NCBI GenBank assembly: GCA_963795855.1
Contig: CAWCIZ010000004.1
Span: 250,864-314,863, forward strand
Source of the DNA: Vulcanimicrobiota bacterium
GTDB lineage: Bacteria; Vulcanimicrobiota; Vulcanimicrobiia; Vulcanimicrobiales; Vulcanimicrobiaceae
Reading direction: 5' to 3'
DNA: 64,000 nucleotides
This document shows, in pieces, positions 42,152-52,717 of this stretch. The translations under genes were made by a program, and so were the position numbers. How positions within the stretch are numbered: position 1 is the stretch's first letter; the number at the start of each line of letters is the position of its first letter. A model generated the notes under the pieces. The model was not told where the DNA came from. It did not search any database and saw only the letters and a program-made list of their open reading frames with translations.

Positions 42152-42336
42152 GGCCGCGAGTCGATGTCGCGCTGAATCGCCTCTTTTGCTTTGCCCGCGG
42201 CCTCGCGCAGTTTTTGCGCGCCCATGCGCAGCAGGCCGCCGAGTTGCGTTGCAGCCTCTTCGGTTTGCGCTTGCGTTTGCCGCATCGCGTCTTCGATTCG
42301 CGCTTTCGCCTGCTGTTTCAGATCTTCGTTCATCAT
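42148..42336 (-). CDS. Small hypothetical helical protein
   Basis: 62-aa ORF overlapping the upstream stop (ATGA). Confidence 0.55.
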   Translation of the reverse strand: MMNEDLKQQAKARIEDAMRQTQAQTEEAATQLGGLLRMGAQKLREAAGKAKEAIQRDIDSRP

Positions 42337-42587
42337 TTCTCCGTTACCGTGAGCACCCAGCGGATGGCTCGCGCGTATTGGTCGAGTTCCTTGACCGTGC
42401 GCTGCAGCCAGCCCGCCGCGACGTCGTCCTGCTGCGCTCTACTTGGAAAGCCCGCCAACTGTTTCGCGTACGCCTGCGCCGCCTCGAGCTGTTCCTCGAC
42501 GGCGGGCCAAACTCTCCGCAGGCTAGCTTCAGACGCATCGGGAAGGCGATCGATGATCGGCGGGGCAGGCGCGTCGGGATTGGACAT
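42333..42587 (-). CDS. Hypothetical protein (84 aa)
   Basis: ATG at 42587; coupled to the downstream small ORF. Confidence 0.55.
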   Translation of the reverse strand: MSNPDAPAPPIIDRLPDASEASLRRVWPAVEEQLEAAQAYAKQLAGFPSRAQQDDVAAGWLQRTVKELDQYARAIRWVLTVTEK

Positions 42588-42738
42588 CGCGTACTCCAGA
42601 CGCGCCAGCGCATACTCGGCGCTTACACGGATGAAGGATGCGAGCAGTTGTACGAGCCGAACTTCCACTACGGGAGCGATCTTCCGTAGCGGCGAAAAGC
42701 GGGCCTGTTCGCCGCCGTTCCTGTAGGAGAGTGCAAGC

Positions 42739-43983
42739 GTGGATTCCACCGTGGGAGATTTCCGGCGGTATGTGATCGTCGGAAACGGTTTCGCCGGGAC
42801 CACTGCCGCCGAACAACTCCGCAAACACGATCCGTCCTGCTCTATAACGCTCTTCACGGACGAACCCTACACGCTGTACAACCGCATCGCGCTGCCGCCC
42901 CTGCTGCGCAAGCAGGTCGCCAAAGAAAAAGTCATCATGCGCGACCTCGCATGGCATGAAAAGCACAACATCGAGCTGCATTTGGAAACGCAGGTCGAGC
43001 GGATCGTGCCGCCGGAACGCGCGGTCCTTGCAAACGGAAAATCATACCCGTACGACGCCGTACTCGTCGCGACCGGAGGCCGCCCGAATCCGCATCCTGC
43101 GGCCGGCGCGGACGGCGCGAACGTGTACAACTTCCAATACATGAGCGATACGCTCGCAATCTCCGAAGCGCTGGAAACGGCCAAGGCAGGCGTTGCAATC
43201 GGCGGGTCCTTCATCGCGTACGAACTGGCGGAGGCGTTCATCTCGCGCAAGGTCGAGACGCACTGGATCATGCGCGGTCCGCGCGTCCTGCACCGTATGC
43301 TCGACGAGATCGCCGGCGGCCTCATCGACGAAGCGGCCAAGAACGACGGCGTCCACATGCACTACGGAGACGAGATTGCCGAATTCGTGCGAGACAACGG
43401 CGCCGTGAGGAAAATTCGTCTCAAGAGCGGGATCGAGATCGATGCGCAATGCTATGGAGTCGGGCTCGGGTTGACGATGAACACGGAACTTCTGCGCGAC
43501 TCGGGCATCGAGGTGAGCAAGAACGGCATCCTCTGCGACGATCGGCTGGAAACGAACGTCAAAGGCATCTTCGCCGCCGGCGACATCGCGGATTTCTACG
43601 ATCCGATCTTGGAGATGCGCTACCGCATGGGAACGTGGAACAATGCTGGAGCGCACGGAAAGGTCGCGGCGCAGAATATGATGGGCGCGAACGTTAAGTA
43701 TGACGACGTTCCCGAATATTCGAGCCTGCTGTTCAAAGGGCAGACGATAACTCAATTCGGCCTCTCGCCTGAGTACCGGTCCGACATCGACTCGGTTTTT
43801 ACGGTAGATCGCGACAAAAAATGGTACCGCGCGCTGTACTTTTGGGATCACCGCCTGGTCGGCGGCTGCTTCATGGGTAAAGGCAACCGCAGCGGAAAAC
43901 GCAAATATCTCGATACGATAAAAAGCAAGCAGCGCTTTCCGAAAGACGAGTGGAACGCAATGCTCGAGTGGACGCACGATTGA
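42739..43983 (+). CDS. NAD(P)/FAD-dependent oxidoreductase (ferredoxin/rubredoxin reductase-like)
   Basis: 'IVGNGFAG', 'YNRIAL', 'ATGG', 'IFAAGD'. Confidence 0.88.
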   Translation: MDSTVGDFRRYVIVGNGFAGTTAAEQLRKHDPSCSITLFTDEPYTLYNRIALPPLLRKQVAKEKVIMRDLAWHEKHNIELHLETQVERIVPPERAVLANGKSYPYDAVLVATGGRPNPHPAAGADGANVYNFQYMSDTLAISEALETAKAGVAIGGSFIAYELAEAFISRKVETHWIMRGPRVLHRMLDEIAGGLIDEAAKNDGVHMHYGDEIAEFVRDNGAVRKIRLKSGIEIDAQCYGVGLGLTMNTELLRDSGIEVSKNGILCDDRLETNVKGIFAAGDIADFYDPILEMRYRMGTWNNAGAHGKVAAQNMMGANVKYDDVPEYSSLLFKGQTITQFGLSPEYRSDIDSVFTVDRDKKWYRALYFWDHRLVGGCFMGKGNRSGKRKYLDTIKSKQRFPKDEWNAMLEWTHD

Positions 43984-43988
43984 CGTCG

Positions 43989-44693
43989 ATGTGGGAACCG
44001 TTCACGCCTCAAGCGCGCCGAACGATGGTCGTTGCTCAGGAACTCGCGATCGAGCGAAGCGATACGTTCATCGCGCCTGAGCACATGGTCTTGGCGGCAT
44101 TTCGGCTCGACGAGCTCGCGCCGGTGCTCGAATCGCTCGGCGTCGCCGGCGAAGAGCGTAAGCGCGCGGAACAGGAAGCGTCCGCCGGCAAAGCCGAGCA
44201 GCCCTCGCAGGAGATGGTGTTTACTTCGGCTGCAAAACGCATGATCGAAGCGGCGTTCGAAAGCGCCCACGCCATCGGCAACGACTTCATCGACGTCGAG
44301 CATCTGCTGCTCGGATATCTCGGGCAGCCGCCGGCACAGACGGCACTGCTCGACTCGCTGCACATCGATGCTCCCGAACTGCGCAGGCTTCTTTTGAACA
44401 GCCTTGCGTCGAAGCCGCCAAAGCGGCCCGCAGCCAGAGTGCATCGGGAGCGGACCTCAGGAAATTTCGTTACCTCTTACGAGCGCATCGGCGCATTCGC
44501 AAAACGGCGGAAGCCGTCGGTTCTTTGGAATCACCTCCAGGAAGCCGTCGCGAATAAGAATTTGCCGCGCGCGATCGTTTGCGCGCTCGCGCTGAGTCTA
44601 CCACGAAGGTTTGGGCGCTACGGACCTGCTCGAACGCTTGTCAACGCAGCTTCGCGACATCTCCGACGAGTAAGCCCTTCGATTACACGTTAA
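43989..44693 (+). CDS. Clp protease N-terminal domain protein; 3' end uncertain
   Basis: 'MWEPFTPQAR', 'IAPEHM', 'FTSAAKRMIE', 'IDVEHLLLG'; no AAA+ module. Confidence 0.75.
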   Translation: MWEPFTPQARRTMVVAQELAIERSDTFIAPEHMVLAAFRLDELAPVLESLGVAGEERKRAEQEASAGKAEQPSQEMVFTSAAKRMIEAAFESAHAIGNDFIDVEHLLLGYLGQPPAQTALLDSLHIDAPELRRLLLNSLASKPPKRPAARVHRERTSGNFVTSYERIGAFAKRRKPSVLWNHLQEAVANKNLPRAIVCALALSLPRRFGRYGPARTLVNAASRHLRRVSPSITR

Positions 44694-46035
44694 CGGTCGT
44701 ACCGCGAGCCGCCACGCTCGCCGGCCAAGCATATTTCGAGCGCACGAGATCGCAAAGCGCCTGCGCGGCAACGGGATCGCCGTGAACGGCGTAAAACGAC
44801 GGCTTGCCGGCGCACGTGTCGAACCAGCGCTGGATTTCGTTTTTGTCGGCGTGCGCGCTGTACCCTGAGATTTGGCCGATTGCTGCGTGTACCGGGAGCG
44901 TATCGCCGAAGATGCGAATCGTTTCCGCTCCGTGCGTGAGGAAGTACCCGAGCGTACCCGCAGATTGATATCCCACGAAAAGCAGCGTAGCGGCCGGATC
45001 CGAGACGTGGTTGTAGATGTGATGCAGCACGCGTCCCCCCGCCGCCATCCCGCTCGCCGAGACGATGATGTGCGGGCCTTTGACGTTATTGATGGCCTTC
45101 GACTGTTCCGTTTCGACGGCGACGGTAAGGTTTTCGCAGCCGAACGGCGTGCCGTTCGAATCGAAGTCGATCGGTTTGTGAGCCTCCGGAAACTTCTCGA
45201 ATAAAGCGTCCACCTGGGCGGCCATCGGGCTGTCGAGGAAAACGGGCACCTTCGCAATCTGCGCATTCGCACGCTGCAGCTGTCCGATCGACAGCAGCAG
45301 TTCTTGCGAGCGTTCCACCGCGAACGCCGGAATCACGACGGCTCCGCCGCGCGCGATGCCGCGCAGCAGCGTTTCCTGCAGCATCCCCAGCGCGTCCGGC
45401 GGATGCACGCGATCGCCGTACGTCGATTCGCAGACCAGCGTGTCGGCGCTTCCGATCGCGGCGGGATCGTACAGCAGCGTACGGCCGTACCGTCCGACGT
45501 CGCCTGAAAAGACGACCGTGCGATCCGCGATCTGCATTTCGACGAACGCCGATCCGATGATGTGCGCGGCGTTTTTGTACGTGGCTTTCATGCCCGCGAC
45601 GTTGAACGCGGTTTCGAGCGGCACGGCTTTCGTCGACTGAATGGTCTTTTGCACGTCCGCTTCATTGTAGAAGGGCGGCGCGGCGTAGTGTTCGTGGTGC
45701 ATGCCGCGTTCGTGCAGGTGCGTCTGCAAATGGACGGCATCTTCGAGCACGATGTTCATCAGCGCGCGCGTTGCCGGCGTCGCGTAAATCGTCCCGTGAA
45801 ACCCGTCGTGCACCAGCTTCGGCAAATAGCCGACATGATCGATGTGTCCGTGCGTGATGACGACTGCGTCCACGGCCTTTGGATCCACCGGCAACGGCAC
45901 GCTGTTGAGCGCCGTGATGTCGGCCGTGCCTTGGAAGAGGCCGCAGTCGATGAAGACGTGGCGTCCGTTGCTCGTCAGCAGATGTTTGCTGCCGGTGACG
46001 GTACCTGCGGCGCCGACGAACGTTAACTCAGCCAC
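44683..46035 (-). CDS. beta-CASP MBL-fold ribonuclease
   Basis: 'GAAGTVTGS', 'THGHIDH', 'ESTYG', 'PAFAVERSQE', 'SGMAAGGR', 'SAHAD', 'VHG'. Confidence 0.92.
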   Translation of the reverse strand: MAELTFVGAAGTVTGSKHLLTSNGRHVFIDCGLFQGTADITALNSVPLPVDPKAVDAVVITHGHIDHVGYLPKLVHDGFHGTIYATPATRALMNIVLEDAVHLQTHLHERGMHHEHYAAPPFYNEADVQKTIQSTKAVPLETAFNVAGMKATYKNAAHIIGSAFVEMQIADRTVVFSGDVGRYGRTLLYDPAAIGSADTLVCESTYGDRVHPPDALGMLQETLLRGIARGGAVVIPAFAVERSQELLLSIGQLQRANAQIAKVPVFLDSPMAAQVDALFEKFPEAHKPIDFDSNGTPFGCENLTVAVETEQSKAINNVKGPHIIVSASGMAAGGRVLHHIYNHVSDPAATLLFVGYQSAGTLGYFLTHGAETIRIFGDTLPVHAAIGQISGYSAHADKNEIQRWFDTCAGKPSFYAVHGDPVAAQALCDLVRSKYAWPASVAARGTTVNV

Positions 46036-46660
46036 GCGTTTCCTGCACGATCCGCGATCGCGGAGGCAGCGGCGGCGTCGCGGCTCCGGCGGCGGCGCGG
46101 TCGAAGGCTTTTGCGCTCGGCATCGCGCTTGCGTTGTACGTCTCTAAGCAGCGATCGACGAGCCTTTCCGGATCGGCGTCGGAAACGATTGTCGAGCCGG
46201 TGCTTTTTTGCACCAGGCGCGCGATGCCTTCGAACTCGTTTGAAATGCCGCCCGAGTCGCGCAAGATCCCGATCAGTTTGCCTTCGTCGTAGGCGATGCA
46301 AAACTCGCCGAGCGTTCCGCTGCGGCCGCCGACGAAAAGGACGAAATCGGAACTGTGAATGTTGTGCGTTTCTCGTCCCATGAGACCGGACCCGGTGAAG
46401 ACCATTGCGGTGTACGGTTGTAGCGGCGATCCGTACACGTTCACGTGTTCTTCCGGCGAGAGCGCCGGCGAAACGCCGAGGCTCACGCCGCCGGCCTCGT
46501 GCGCACCCATGACCGCCGCGTGCGGCAGGCCCGGACACGCGCCGGTAACGATCGTGCAATCGCGCTCTGCGATGCGCCGCCCGAGGCGCCGGGCGAGCGC
46601 GAGTTCTTCCTCGCCGATCGCTCCGCCCGCCGAGCCCATCACGCCGACTTGGATCTTCAT
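46028..46660 (-). CDS. LOG/SLOG family protein (TIGR00725-like)
   Basis: 'VGVMGS', 'VTGACPG', 'GGRSGTLGE'. Confidence 0.78.
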   Translation of the reverse strand: MKIQVGVMGSAGGAIGEEELALARRLGRRIAERDCTIVTGACPGLPHAAVMGAHEAGGVSLGVSPALSPEEHVNVYGSPLQPYTAMVFTGSGLMGRETHNIHSSDFVLFVGGRSGTLGEFCIAYDEGKLIGILRDSGGISNEFEGIARLVQKSTGSTIVSDADPERLVDRCLETYNASAMPSAKAFDRAAAGAATPPLPPRSRIVQETRG

Positions 46661-46721
46661 GACATAACCGCTCCTTGCGGTCGCACAAAGGTGCGCCCGC
46701 GTATGCGCCGCATACGTTCGT

Positions 46722-47444
46722 GTGACGAGTGACGTCGACCTACGGGACCGCTGGAAAGCGCTGCGCGGCACGCGCGAACTTGCCGTGCGCGAAGTCGCGT
46801 GCATCGGCGCGCCGCGCACGCTGCTCTGCGTCGACTGCGGCGATGCGCGCGCGCCCACGATCGCAATAGCCGCAGGCGTTCACGGCGATGAGCCGGCGGG
46901 TCCGTACGGATTGCTTGCGCTCGTGGAAGCGGGCGATCTCGAGCCGCGTTTCGCGTACCGTTTGTGGCCGTGTACTAATCCGAGCGGCTGCGCCGCGGCG
47001 ACGCGCGAAAATGGTGAAGGGCACGATATCAATCGCAGCTTCGGCCGCGGCGGACAAACGCCGGAAGCGCGCGCCATCGTCACTGCGAACCGCGATCGCA
47101 AGTTTGCGCTCTCGCTCGACTTGCACGAAGACTGCGACGCCGCCGGTTTTTACTGCTACGAATACGGCGAAGGCGACGTCGGACGCGCGGTGATCGAAAG
47201 CGTAGCTTCAGCCGGTTACCCGACTCACGACTTGGATGACGGCGTGCTTCGACCGCACGGCTCGTCGGAGGCCGAGGCGATCGGCGGTCTGTCTTATACG
47301 CTCTCTCTGGCGCGGCATGCAACCCGGCGTGCCCTCACCTTCGAAACGCCGATGCGCTTACCGTTGCCCGACCGTATTGCCATTCACAGGATTGCGGTAA
47401 AGGCGGCCATCCGAGCCCTTTCGAACCTGCATCCGTATGGCTGA
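46722..47444 (+). CDS. M14 family metallocarboxypeptidase (AstE/AspA-like)
   Basis: 'AGVHGDEPAG', 'NPSG', 'DINR', 'DLHED', 'TFETP'. Confidence 0.83.
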   Translation: MTSDVDLRDRWKALRGTRELAVREVACIGAPRTLLCVDCGDARAPTIAIAAGVHGDEPAGPYGLLALVEAGDLEPRFAYRLWPCTNPSGCAAATRENGEGHDINRSFGRGGQTPEARAIVTANRDRKFALSLDLHEDCDAAGFYCYEYGEGDVGRAVIESVASAGYPTHDLDDGVLRPHGSSEAEAIGGLSYTLSLARHATRRALTFETPMRLPLPDRIAIHRIAVKAAIRALSNLHPYG

Positions 47445-49089
47445 ACGCGATTCCCTCGAAGTAGACGTCCTGTTCGTCGGCGCCGGCCCCGCAAGCCTCG
47501 CGGGCGCGATCCGGCTTATGCAGCTGGCGAAAGCAGCGAGCAAACAACTCGAAGTATTGGTGATCGAGAAGGCGGGAGAGATAGGCAATCATGGTCTGTC
47601 CGGTGCGGTGCTCGATCCGAAAGCGCTGGACGAGTTGCTTCCGAACTGGCGGGACGAAGCGCCGGTCGAGTCGCCGGTAACCGGCGATCAGCTCTGGCTG
47701 CTGACCGAAACGGGCCGCATCAAGGCGCCGATCGTTCCGCCGATGATGAACAACCACGGCAAATACGTTGCCTCGCTGCAGAAGATCGTCAAGTGGCTGG
47801 CCGGCAAAGCGGAAGAAGCCGGAGCGCAAGTTTTCGGCGAGTTTCCCGGACAAGAGCTGCTGTGGGACGGCGATCGCGTGGTGGGCGTGCGTACCGGCGA
47901 CAAGGGTTTGGACAAACACGGCAATCCGAAACCGAACTACGAACCGGGCGCAGACATCTTCGCGAAGATCGTGGTGCTCGGGGAAGGGCCGCGCGGGACG
48001 CTCGTAAAGCAAGCCGTGCCGCGGCTGAATTTGGACGAAAACCGCGAGCCGCAAGTTTACGCGGCGGGCGTGAAAGAACTTTGGCAATGTCCGCCCGGCG
48101 CGGTTCAGCCCGGAAGCGTGATTCACACGATGGGATATCCGTTGCCCAACGACACGTTCGGCGGCGGATTCATTTACGGTATGGCGGGCGACATACTGGA
48201 CATCGGTTTCGTCACGGGGCTCGATTACAAAGATCCGACCACGGATCCGCACAACGTCTTTCAATTGTTCAAAGCACAGCCCGCGGTTCGCAAACTCCTC
48301 GAAGGCGCAAAGCTGCTGCGTTACGGCGCGAAAGCGATTCCCGAAGGCGGTTTGTACGCGATGCCGCGCATGTACGCCGATGGGCTGCTCATAGCCGGCG
48401 ATTCGGCAGGGTTTCTGAACGGAATGCGTCTCAAAGGCGTGCATCTCGCAATGAAGTCCGGCATGCTCGCGGCGCAAACCGCGTTCGATGCAGTGCAGGC
48501 CCAGAAGTTCGATCGCGAACAACTCGCATCGTACGAGGCTGCCTTCAAAGCGTCGTGGGCGTACGCGGAACTATACTCGGCGCGCAATTTTCATCAAGGT
48601 TTTCGGAACGGACTCGTCAACGGCATGCTCAATACGGGCCTGGGAATGTTCACGCGCGGGCGCGGCTTCGGCATCTCCGAACGCTTGCGCGGCGAGCCGG
48701 GCTTCGAACGCATGGAAAAGCGCGGCTACAAACCCAAGGAAGCGCGGCGCGCGATCGTTGACAACGTCATCACGTTCGACAAACTCACCGACGTTTTCAA
48801 CAGTGGAACGATGCACGAAGAAGATCAGCCGTGCCATTTGAAGGTTGCCGACACGACTATATGCCGCGATAGGTGCACGGTGGAGTTTGGAAATCCGTGC
48901 CAGTATTTCTGTCCGGCTAAAGTTTACGAGCCGCTGTTCGAAAAGACGGACGGCATTGTGCGCGGCGAGTTGGTCATCAACTTCACGAACTGCGTGCACT
49001 GCAAAACGTGCGACATCGCCGATCCGTATCAAATTATCACCTGGGTTCCGCCCCAGGGTGGTGAGGGGCCGGTCTACACCGGCATGTAG
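47437..49089 (+). CDS. Electron transfer flavoprotein-quinone oxidoreductase
   Basis: 'VGAGPA', 'LSGAVLDP', 'YGAKAIPEGG', 'KGVHLAMKSG', 4Fe-4S 'CPAKVYE...NCVHCKTCDI'. Confidence 0.94.
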   Translation: MAERDSLEVDVLFVGAGPASLAGAIRLMQLAKAASKQLEVLVIEKAGEIGNHGLSGAVLDPKALDELLPNWRDEAPVESPVTGDQLWLLTETGRIKAPIVPPMMNNHGKYVASLQKIVKWLAGKAEEAGAQVFGEFPGQELLWDGDRVVGVRTGDKGLDKHGNPKPNYEPGADIFAKIVVLGEGPRGTLVKQAVPRLNLDENREPQVYAAGVKELWQCPPGAVQPGSVIHTMGYPLPNDTFGGGFIYGMAGDILDIGFVTGLDYKDPTTDPHNVFQLFKAQPAVRKLLEGAKLLRYGAKAIPEGGLYAMPRMYADGLLIAGDSAGFLNGMRLKGVHLAMKSGMLAAQTAFDAVQAQKFDREQLASYEAAFKASWAYAELYSARNFHQGFRNGLVNGMLNTGLGMFTRGRGFGISERLRGEPGFERMEKRGYKPKEARRAIVDNVITFDKLTDVFNSGTMHEEDQPCHLKVADTTICRDRCTVEFGNPCQYFCPAKVYEPLFEKTDGIVRGELVINFTNCVHCKTCDIADPYQIITWVPPQGGEGPVYTGM

Positions 49090-49092
49090 CGC

Positions 49093-49914
49093 GTGATGGC
49101 CTGGTTGCGGCGCGTCGATCTTTCTGCCGTCGCTCTGCTGGTGGTCCTCGGCTTCTGCATCGGCGGCGTTCTGCAGCTCGTGCGCATGTATCCCGACGCG
49201 AGTCGCGGCATGCTCATCTTCGCTCGCGCGCAAAAGGATCTGTTCGTCGACGCAGGGCTGATCGAAGAATCGTATCGCGTGCGAGCCAACCCCAGCCTTT
49301 CGCGGATTCTTCGGTCGGAAACGGTCATCGTGGGAACGCGCACGTCGTCGGGTATCGGATACCTCGGCGCCGGCGTCATCGTCGCATACCGCGGCGGCGT
49401 CGTAACCGTCGTAACCGCCAAACACATCATCGCTCACCCCGGACGCCGGTTCGTCGTATTTCCAGGCTATATCGGCCGCTTTGCTTTGCGCGTTGTACCG
49501 GATCCGTCGCACGATCTGGCGATGGTGTACGTACGTGCGGTTCCCGGAATGTCGTTTCGCGTCGCGCAAGTGGCCGGCTCCGGCTTCAAAAGCGGACAGC
49601 GGTTCGTCGTCATGGGTCATCCCGGAGCGGCGAGTTGGTTTGCATCGCCGGGCGTTGCGGAGCGGCATCTGCGCACCACGCTCCTGTTTTGCCCAACATG
49701 CGATCGCGGCGATTCGGGAGCCGGCGCGTTCGACCGGAGCGGTCTGCTGCGCGGTATCGTCGTGACGAAGGCGACGATCGTCGCGCCGTCCGCAAAAGAC
49801 GGACGTGACTTTCGATTGACGGCATTTGAAATCGAGCAGCCCGCGGCCGTTCGTTCGCTGATGCAGCGCACTTTGAAGCACAACGCTCGCGCGAACGCGA
49901 AGAGCGTCTCATGA
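49093..49914 (+). CDS. Membrane-anchored trypsin-like serine protease
   Basis: Catalytic triad motifs 'TAKH', 'HDLA', 'GDSGAG'; N-terminal TM segment. Confidence 0.78.
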   Translation: MMAWLRRVDLSAVALLVVLGFCIGGVLQLVRMYPDASRGMLIFARAQKDLFVDAGLIEESYRVRANPSLSRILRSETVIVGTRTSSGIGYLGAGVIVAYRGGVVTVVTAKHIIAHPGRRFVVFPGYIGRFALRVVPDPSHDLAMVYVRAVPGMSFRVAQVAGSGFKSGQRFVVMGHPGAASWFASPGVAERHLRTTLLFCPTCDRGDSGAGAFDRSGLLRGIVVTKATIVAPSAKDGRDFRLTAFEIEQPAAVRSLMQRTLKHNARANAKSVS

Positions 49915-51047
49915 ACCCTTCAGCGGAACCGGGCGGTGACGTCGCCATCGTCGGAGCCGGCGTCATCGGGCTGGCGATCGCGTTTGAATTGGCGGGCCGC
50001 GGCGCCTGCGTGCGCGTATTTGACACCCACGAACCGGCGCGCGCGGCGTCGTGGGCCGCTGCCGGCATGCTCGCGCCGCGCACCGAGCACGTCGAGAATG
50101 CCGCGCTGCGCGATCTGTGCGAGTCCTCGCTGGCGCAGTATCCGGAATTTGCACGTGCCGTACGCGAGGCAAGCGGAGTCGATCCGCATTTGAGCCTCGA
50201 CGGTATTTTGCACACCGCCTTTGATGAATCGGAATACGAGCGGTTGCGTGCCCTGCGTGAAAACTTCTCTCAGCGCGGATACCCTTCGGATCTGCTTTCG
50301 CGTGGGGAAACGCTCAACGCGGAACCGGCACTGGGGAAGCACGTGCGCGGTGCATTGCTCGTGCACGGTGAAGGCCAAATCGACAACCGCCGATTGGGAC
50401 GCGCGCTCGCCGCTGCATGCATTGCGCGCGGCGTGCGTTTGCACGCCGGCGTTCGAATGCTTTCGATTGAATGCGATTCCCGGCGCGCGCTCGGCGTGCG
50501 CAGCGACCTGGGATACGTTGCGGCCGGCGCGGTCGTCAACGCCGCCGGCGCATGGGCAGCGCGCGTCGACGGCGTGCCGGCAAGTTGCACGCCGGACGTG
50601 TATCCCATGAAAGGAGAAATGCTCGCGATCGAGATTCCGATCGGATTCATGCGTCATTCCTCGTGGGTTCCGGGCGCGTATTTGGTTCCGCGCAGCGACG
50701 GACGTTTGCTCGTGGGTGCGACGGTAGCGGACAGCGGCTTCGACGCTCGTGTAACGGCGGGAGGAATAGACGCATTGCTGCATTCCGCGATTACGGCGCT
50801 GCCCGCACTTGCCGGATTCACGATCAGCGAAACCTGGGCCGGACTGCGTCCCGCAACCCGAGATGAGCTGCCCTATCTGGGCGCCACGCCGCTGCAAGGG
50901 TATTATTTGGCGTGCGGACATTACCGCAACGGCATCTTGCTCGCGCCTGCGACGGCGCGCCTGCTTGCCGACGTGGTGCAGCGCCGCACGGACGTGCCTG
51001 CCGCATTCCGTGCCGGCCGCAGCGGCACGAATGTGCGAAGCGCTTAG
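49911..51047 (+). CDS. thiO: Glycine oxidase
   Basis: 'GAGVIG', 'ASWAAAGML', 'WAGLRP', 'GHYRNGILLAP'; precedes thiS-thiG. Confidence 0.93.
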   Translation: MNPSAEPGGDVAIVGAGVIGLAIAFELAGRGACVRVFDTHEPARAASWAAAGMLAPRTEHVENAALRDLCESSLAQYPEFARAVREASGVDPHLSLDGILHTAFDESEYERLRALRENFSQRGYPSDLLSRGETLNAEPALGKHVRGALLVHGEGQIDNRRLGRALAAACIARGVRLHAGVRMLSIECDSRRALGVRSDLGYVAAGAVVNAAGAWAARVDGVPASCTPDVYPMKGEMLAIEIPIGFMRHSSWVPGAYLVPRSDGRLLVGATVADSGFDARVTAGGIDALLHSAITALPALAGFTISETWAGLRPATRDELPYLGATPLQGYYLACGHYRNGILLAPATARLLADVVQRRTDVPAAFRAGRSGTNVRSA

Positions 51048-51062
51048 CGAACGACGTTTGCA

Positions 51063-51263
51063 GTGAAAGCTTCGATAAACGGCGAGCAGTACGACCTGCC
51101 GGACGGTCTGACGGTTGCGCAATTGCTCGAGCGCGTTCAGGCGCCCGGGCGCGGCATCGCGGTGGCCAAGAACGATCGCGTTGTGAACCGTTCCGCTTTC
51201 GGGCACGAACGCATAGATGAAGGCGATCGTATCGAAATCATTCGAGCGGTCGCGGGGGGATAA
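51063..51263 (+). CDS. thiS: Sulfur carrier protein
   Basis: 66 aa, C-terminal 'VAGG'. Confidence 0.94.
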   Translation: MKASINGEQYDLPDGLTVAQLLERVQAPGRGIAVAKNDRVVNRSAFGHERIDEGDRIEIIRAVAGG

Positions 51264-51275
51264 ACAGGGATCGGT

Positions 51276-52064
51276 ATGACCAGCGACGTCTTGAGAATCG
51301 GAAAACACGAATTTACTTCACGGCTCATCGTGGGAACCGGAAAGTACGCTTCGGTCGAGACGATGCAGCAAGCGCATGAAGCGAGCGGGACGCAACTCGT
51401 CACGCTGGCGATACGCCGCATCAATCTCGACGAACGCAGCGGCAAGACCCTTCTCGACTACATCGATCGCACCAAGTACGCGGTTCTGCCGAACACGGCC
51501 GGCTGTTACAACGCAAAAGAGGCCGTACTCACGGCGCAGTTGGCGCGCGAACTGCTCGAAACCGATCTCGTCAAACTCGAAGTCATCGGCGATGCGCACA
51601 CGCTCTATCCGGATACGCGTGAGACCCTGGCCGCGGCTGCGGAACTCGTCAAAGACGGCTTTACGGTGTTACCGTACGTGATCGACGATCCAGTGGCATG
51701 CAAACGGCTCGAAGAAGAGGGCTGCGCCGCCGTCATGCCGCTCGCCGCGCCGATTGGCAGCGGGCTCGGCGTCTGTAACCCGTATTCGATCCGCATCATC
51801 AAGGAGCGCGCGAGCGTGCCGGTAATCGTCGATGCAGGGGTGGGTACGGCGAGCGATGCGGCAATCGCGATGGAACTCGGAGTGGACGCGATTTTGATGA
51901 ATACGGGAATCGCTGCGGCGAAAGATCCGGTCGGAATGGCGCGGGCGATGCAGCTCGCGGTGCAGGCGGGACGTCTGGCATTTCTTTCCGGAAGAATGGA
52001 AAAGCGGCTCTACGCGAACGCTTCGAGTCCCATGCAGAACTTTATCGCGGTGGACAATCCATAA
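51276..52064 (+). CDS. thiG: Thiazole synthase
   Basis: '[10 protein letters not shown]', 'LPNTAGC', 'KLEV', '[10 protein letters not shown]', 'VDAGVG'. Confidence 0.96.
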   Translation: MTSDVLRIGKHEFTSRLIVGTGKYASVETMQQAHEASGTQLVTLAIRRINLDERSGKTLLDYIDRTKYAVLPNTAGCYNAKEAVLTAQLARELLETDLVKLEVIGDAHTLYPDTRETLAAAAELVKDGFTVLPYVIDDPVACKRLEEEGCAAVMPLAAPIGSGLGVCNPYSIRIIKERASVPVIVDAGVGTASDAAIAMELGVDAILMNTGIAAAKDPVGMARAMQLAVQAGRLAFLSGRMEKRLYANASSPMQNFIAVDNP

Positions 52065-52096
52065 CAGGACCGCATCGACGCGAAAATCCCGCGATT

Positions 52097-52684
52097 TTAA
52101 CGATCGCGTCGCAGCGCGCGCACGAACCAGTGCACCGTCCCGCGGCCAGGCTCGCGGTGCGCCCACGATCCCACGACGTCATCCACGTTGATTTGTTGCA
52201 GCGATTCGATCGCGAAATGCGGGGCGAGCAGCGCTTTCAAACGCGGCTCCGTAAAAAACGCATGCGCTACTCCGCGTTCGTCGCCGGAATCGGGCGCGAA
52301 TGTCGCCTCGTCGATTTGCGTCCCCGCGCCGTAGCGCGCATCCGCCGTCGAGCCGAAGGTTGCGTACAACGGCGCTTGCGAACGCAGCGCGTTCGCCACG
52401 GCGGACAGAACCGACGCTAACGTTCCCGGCGTTCCGTGAAGCAGCGCGTGCGTGCTGAGAGCGGCATCGAACGAGCCCGGCGACGCCGCGAATTCGGCGA
52501 CTGCGTCGTCCGCAACGGAAAACACGTTCAATCCCGCGCCGGCGAGCGAAGCGGTGTTTCTGCCGGCTCCGCGGCCCAGTTCGAGAACCCGCGCACCCGC
52601 GCGCGATCGCAGGCGGTTTGCAAGCTCCGGCGCGAGCGGATGCGGGGGGCGGACGTCGCTTTCCGGCGGCGAAGGAGTTTCCAT
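52097..52684 (-). CDS. Class I SAM-dependent methyltransferase-like protein
   Basis: 'VLELGRGAGRN' motif I. Confidence 0.72.
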   Translation of the reverse strand: METPSPPESDVRPPHPLAPELANRLRSRAGARVLELGRGAGRNTASLAGAGLNVFSVADDAVAEFAASPGSFDAALSTHALLHGTPGTLASVLSAVANALRSQAPLYATFGSTADARYGAGTQIDEATFAPDSGDERGVAHAFFTEPRLKALLAPHFAIESLQQINVDDVVGSWAHREPGRGTVHWFVRALRRDR

Positions 52685-52717
52685 AGCGTACCGACTTCAA
52701 CTTCCAAGGAGTTGACC

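Noticed and set aside
44683..46660. SLOG plus beta-CASP nuclease as an anti-phage system
   Set aside because: Both look like common housekeeping families; there are no TIR/SIR2/effector partners or mobile context.
49911..52064. TPP riboswitch before thiO-thiS-thiG
   Set aside because: thiO overlaps the upstream gene, leaving no leader, and no TPP aptamer motif was seen.
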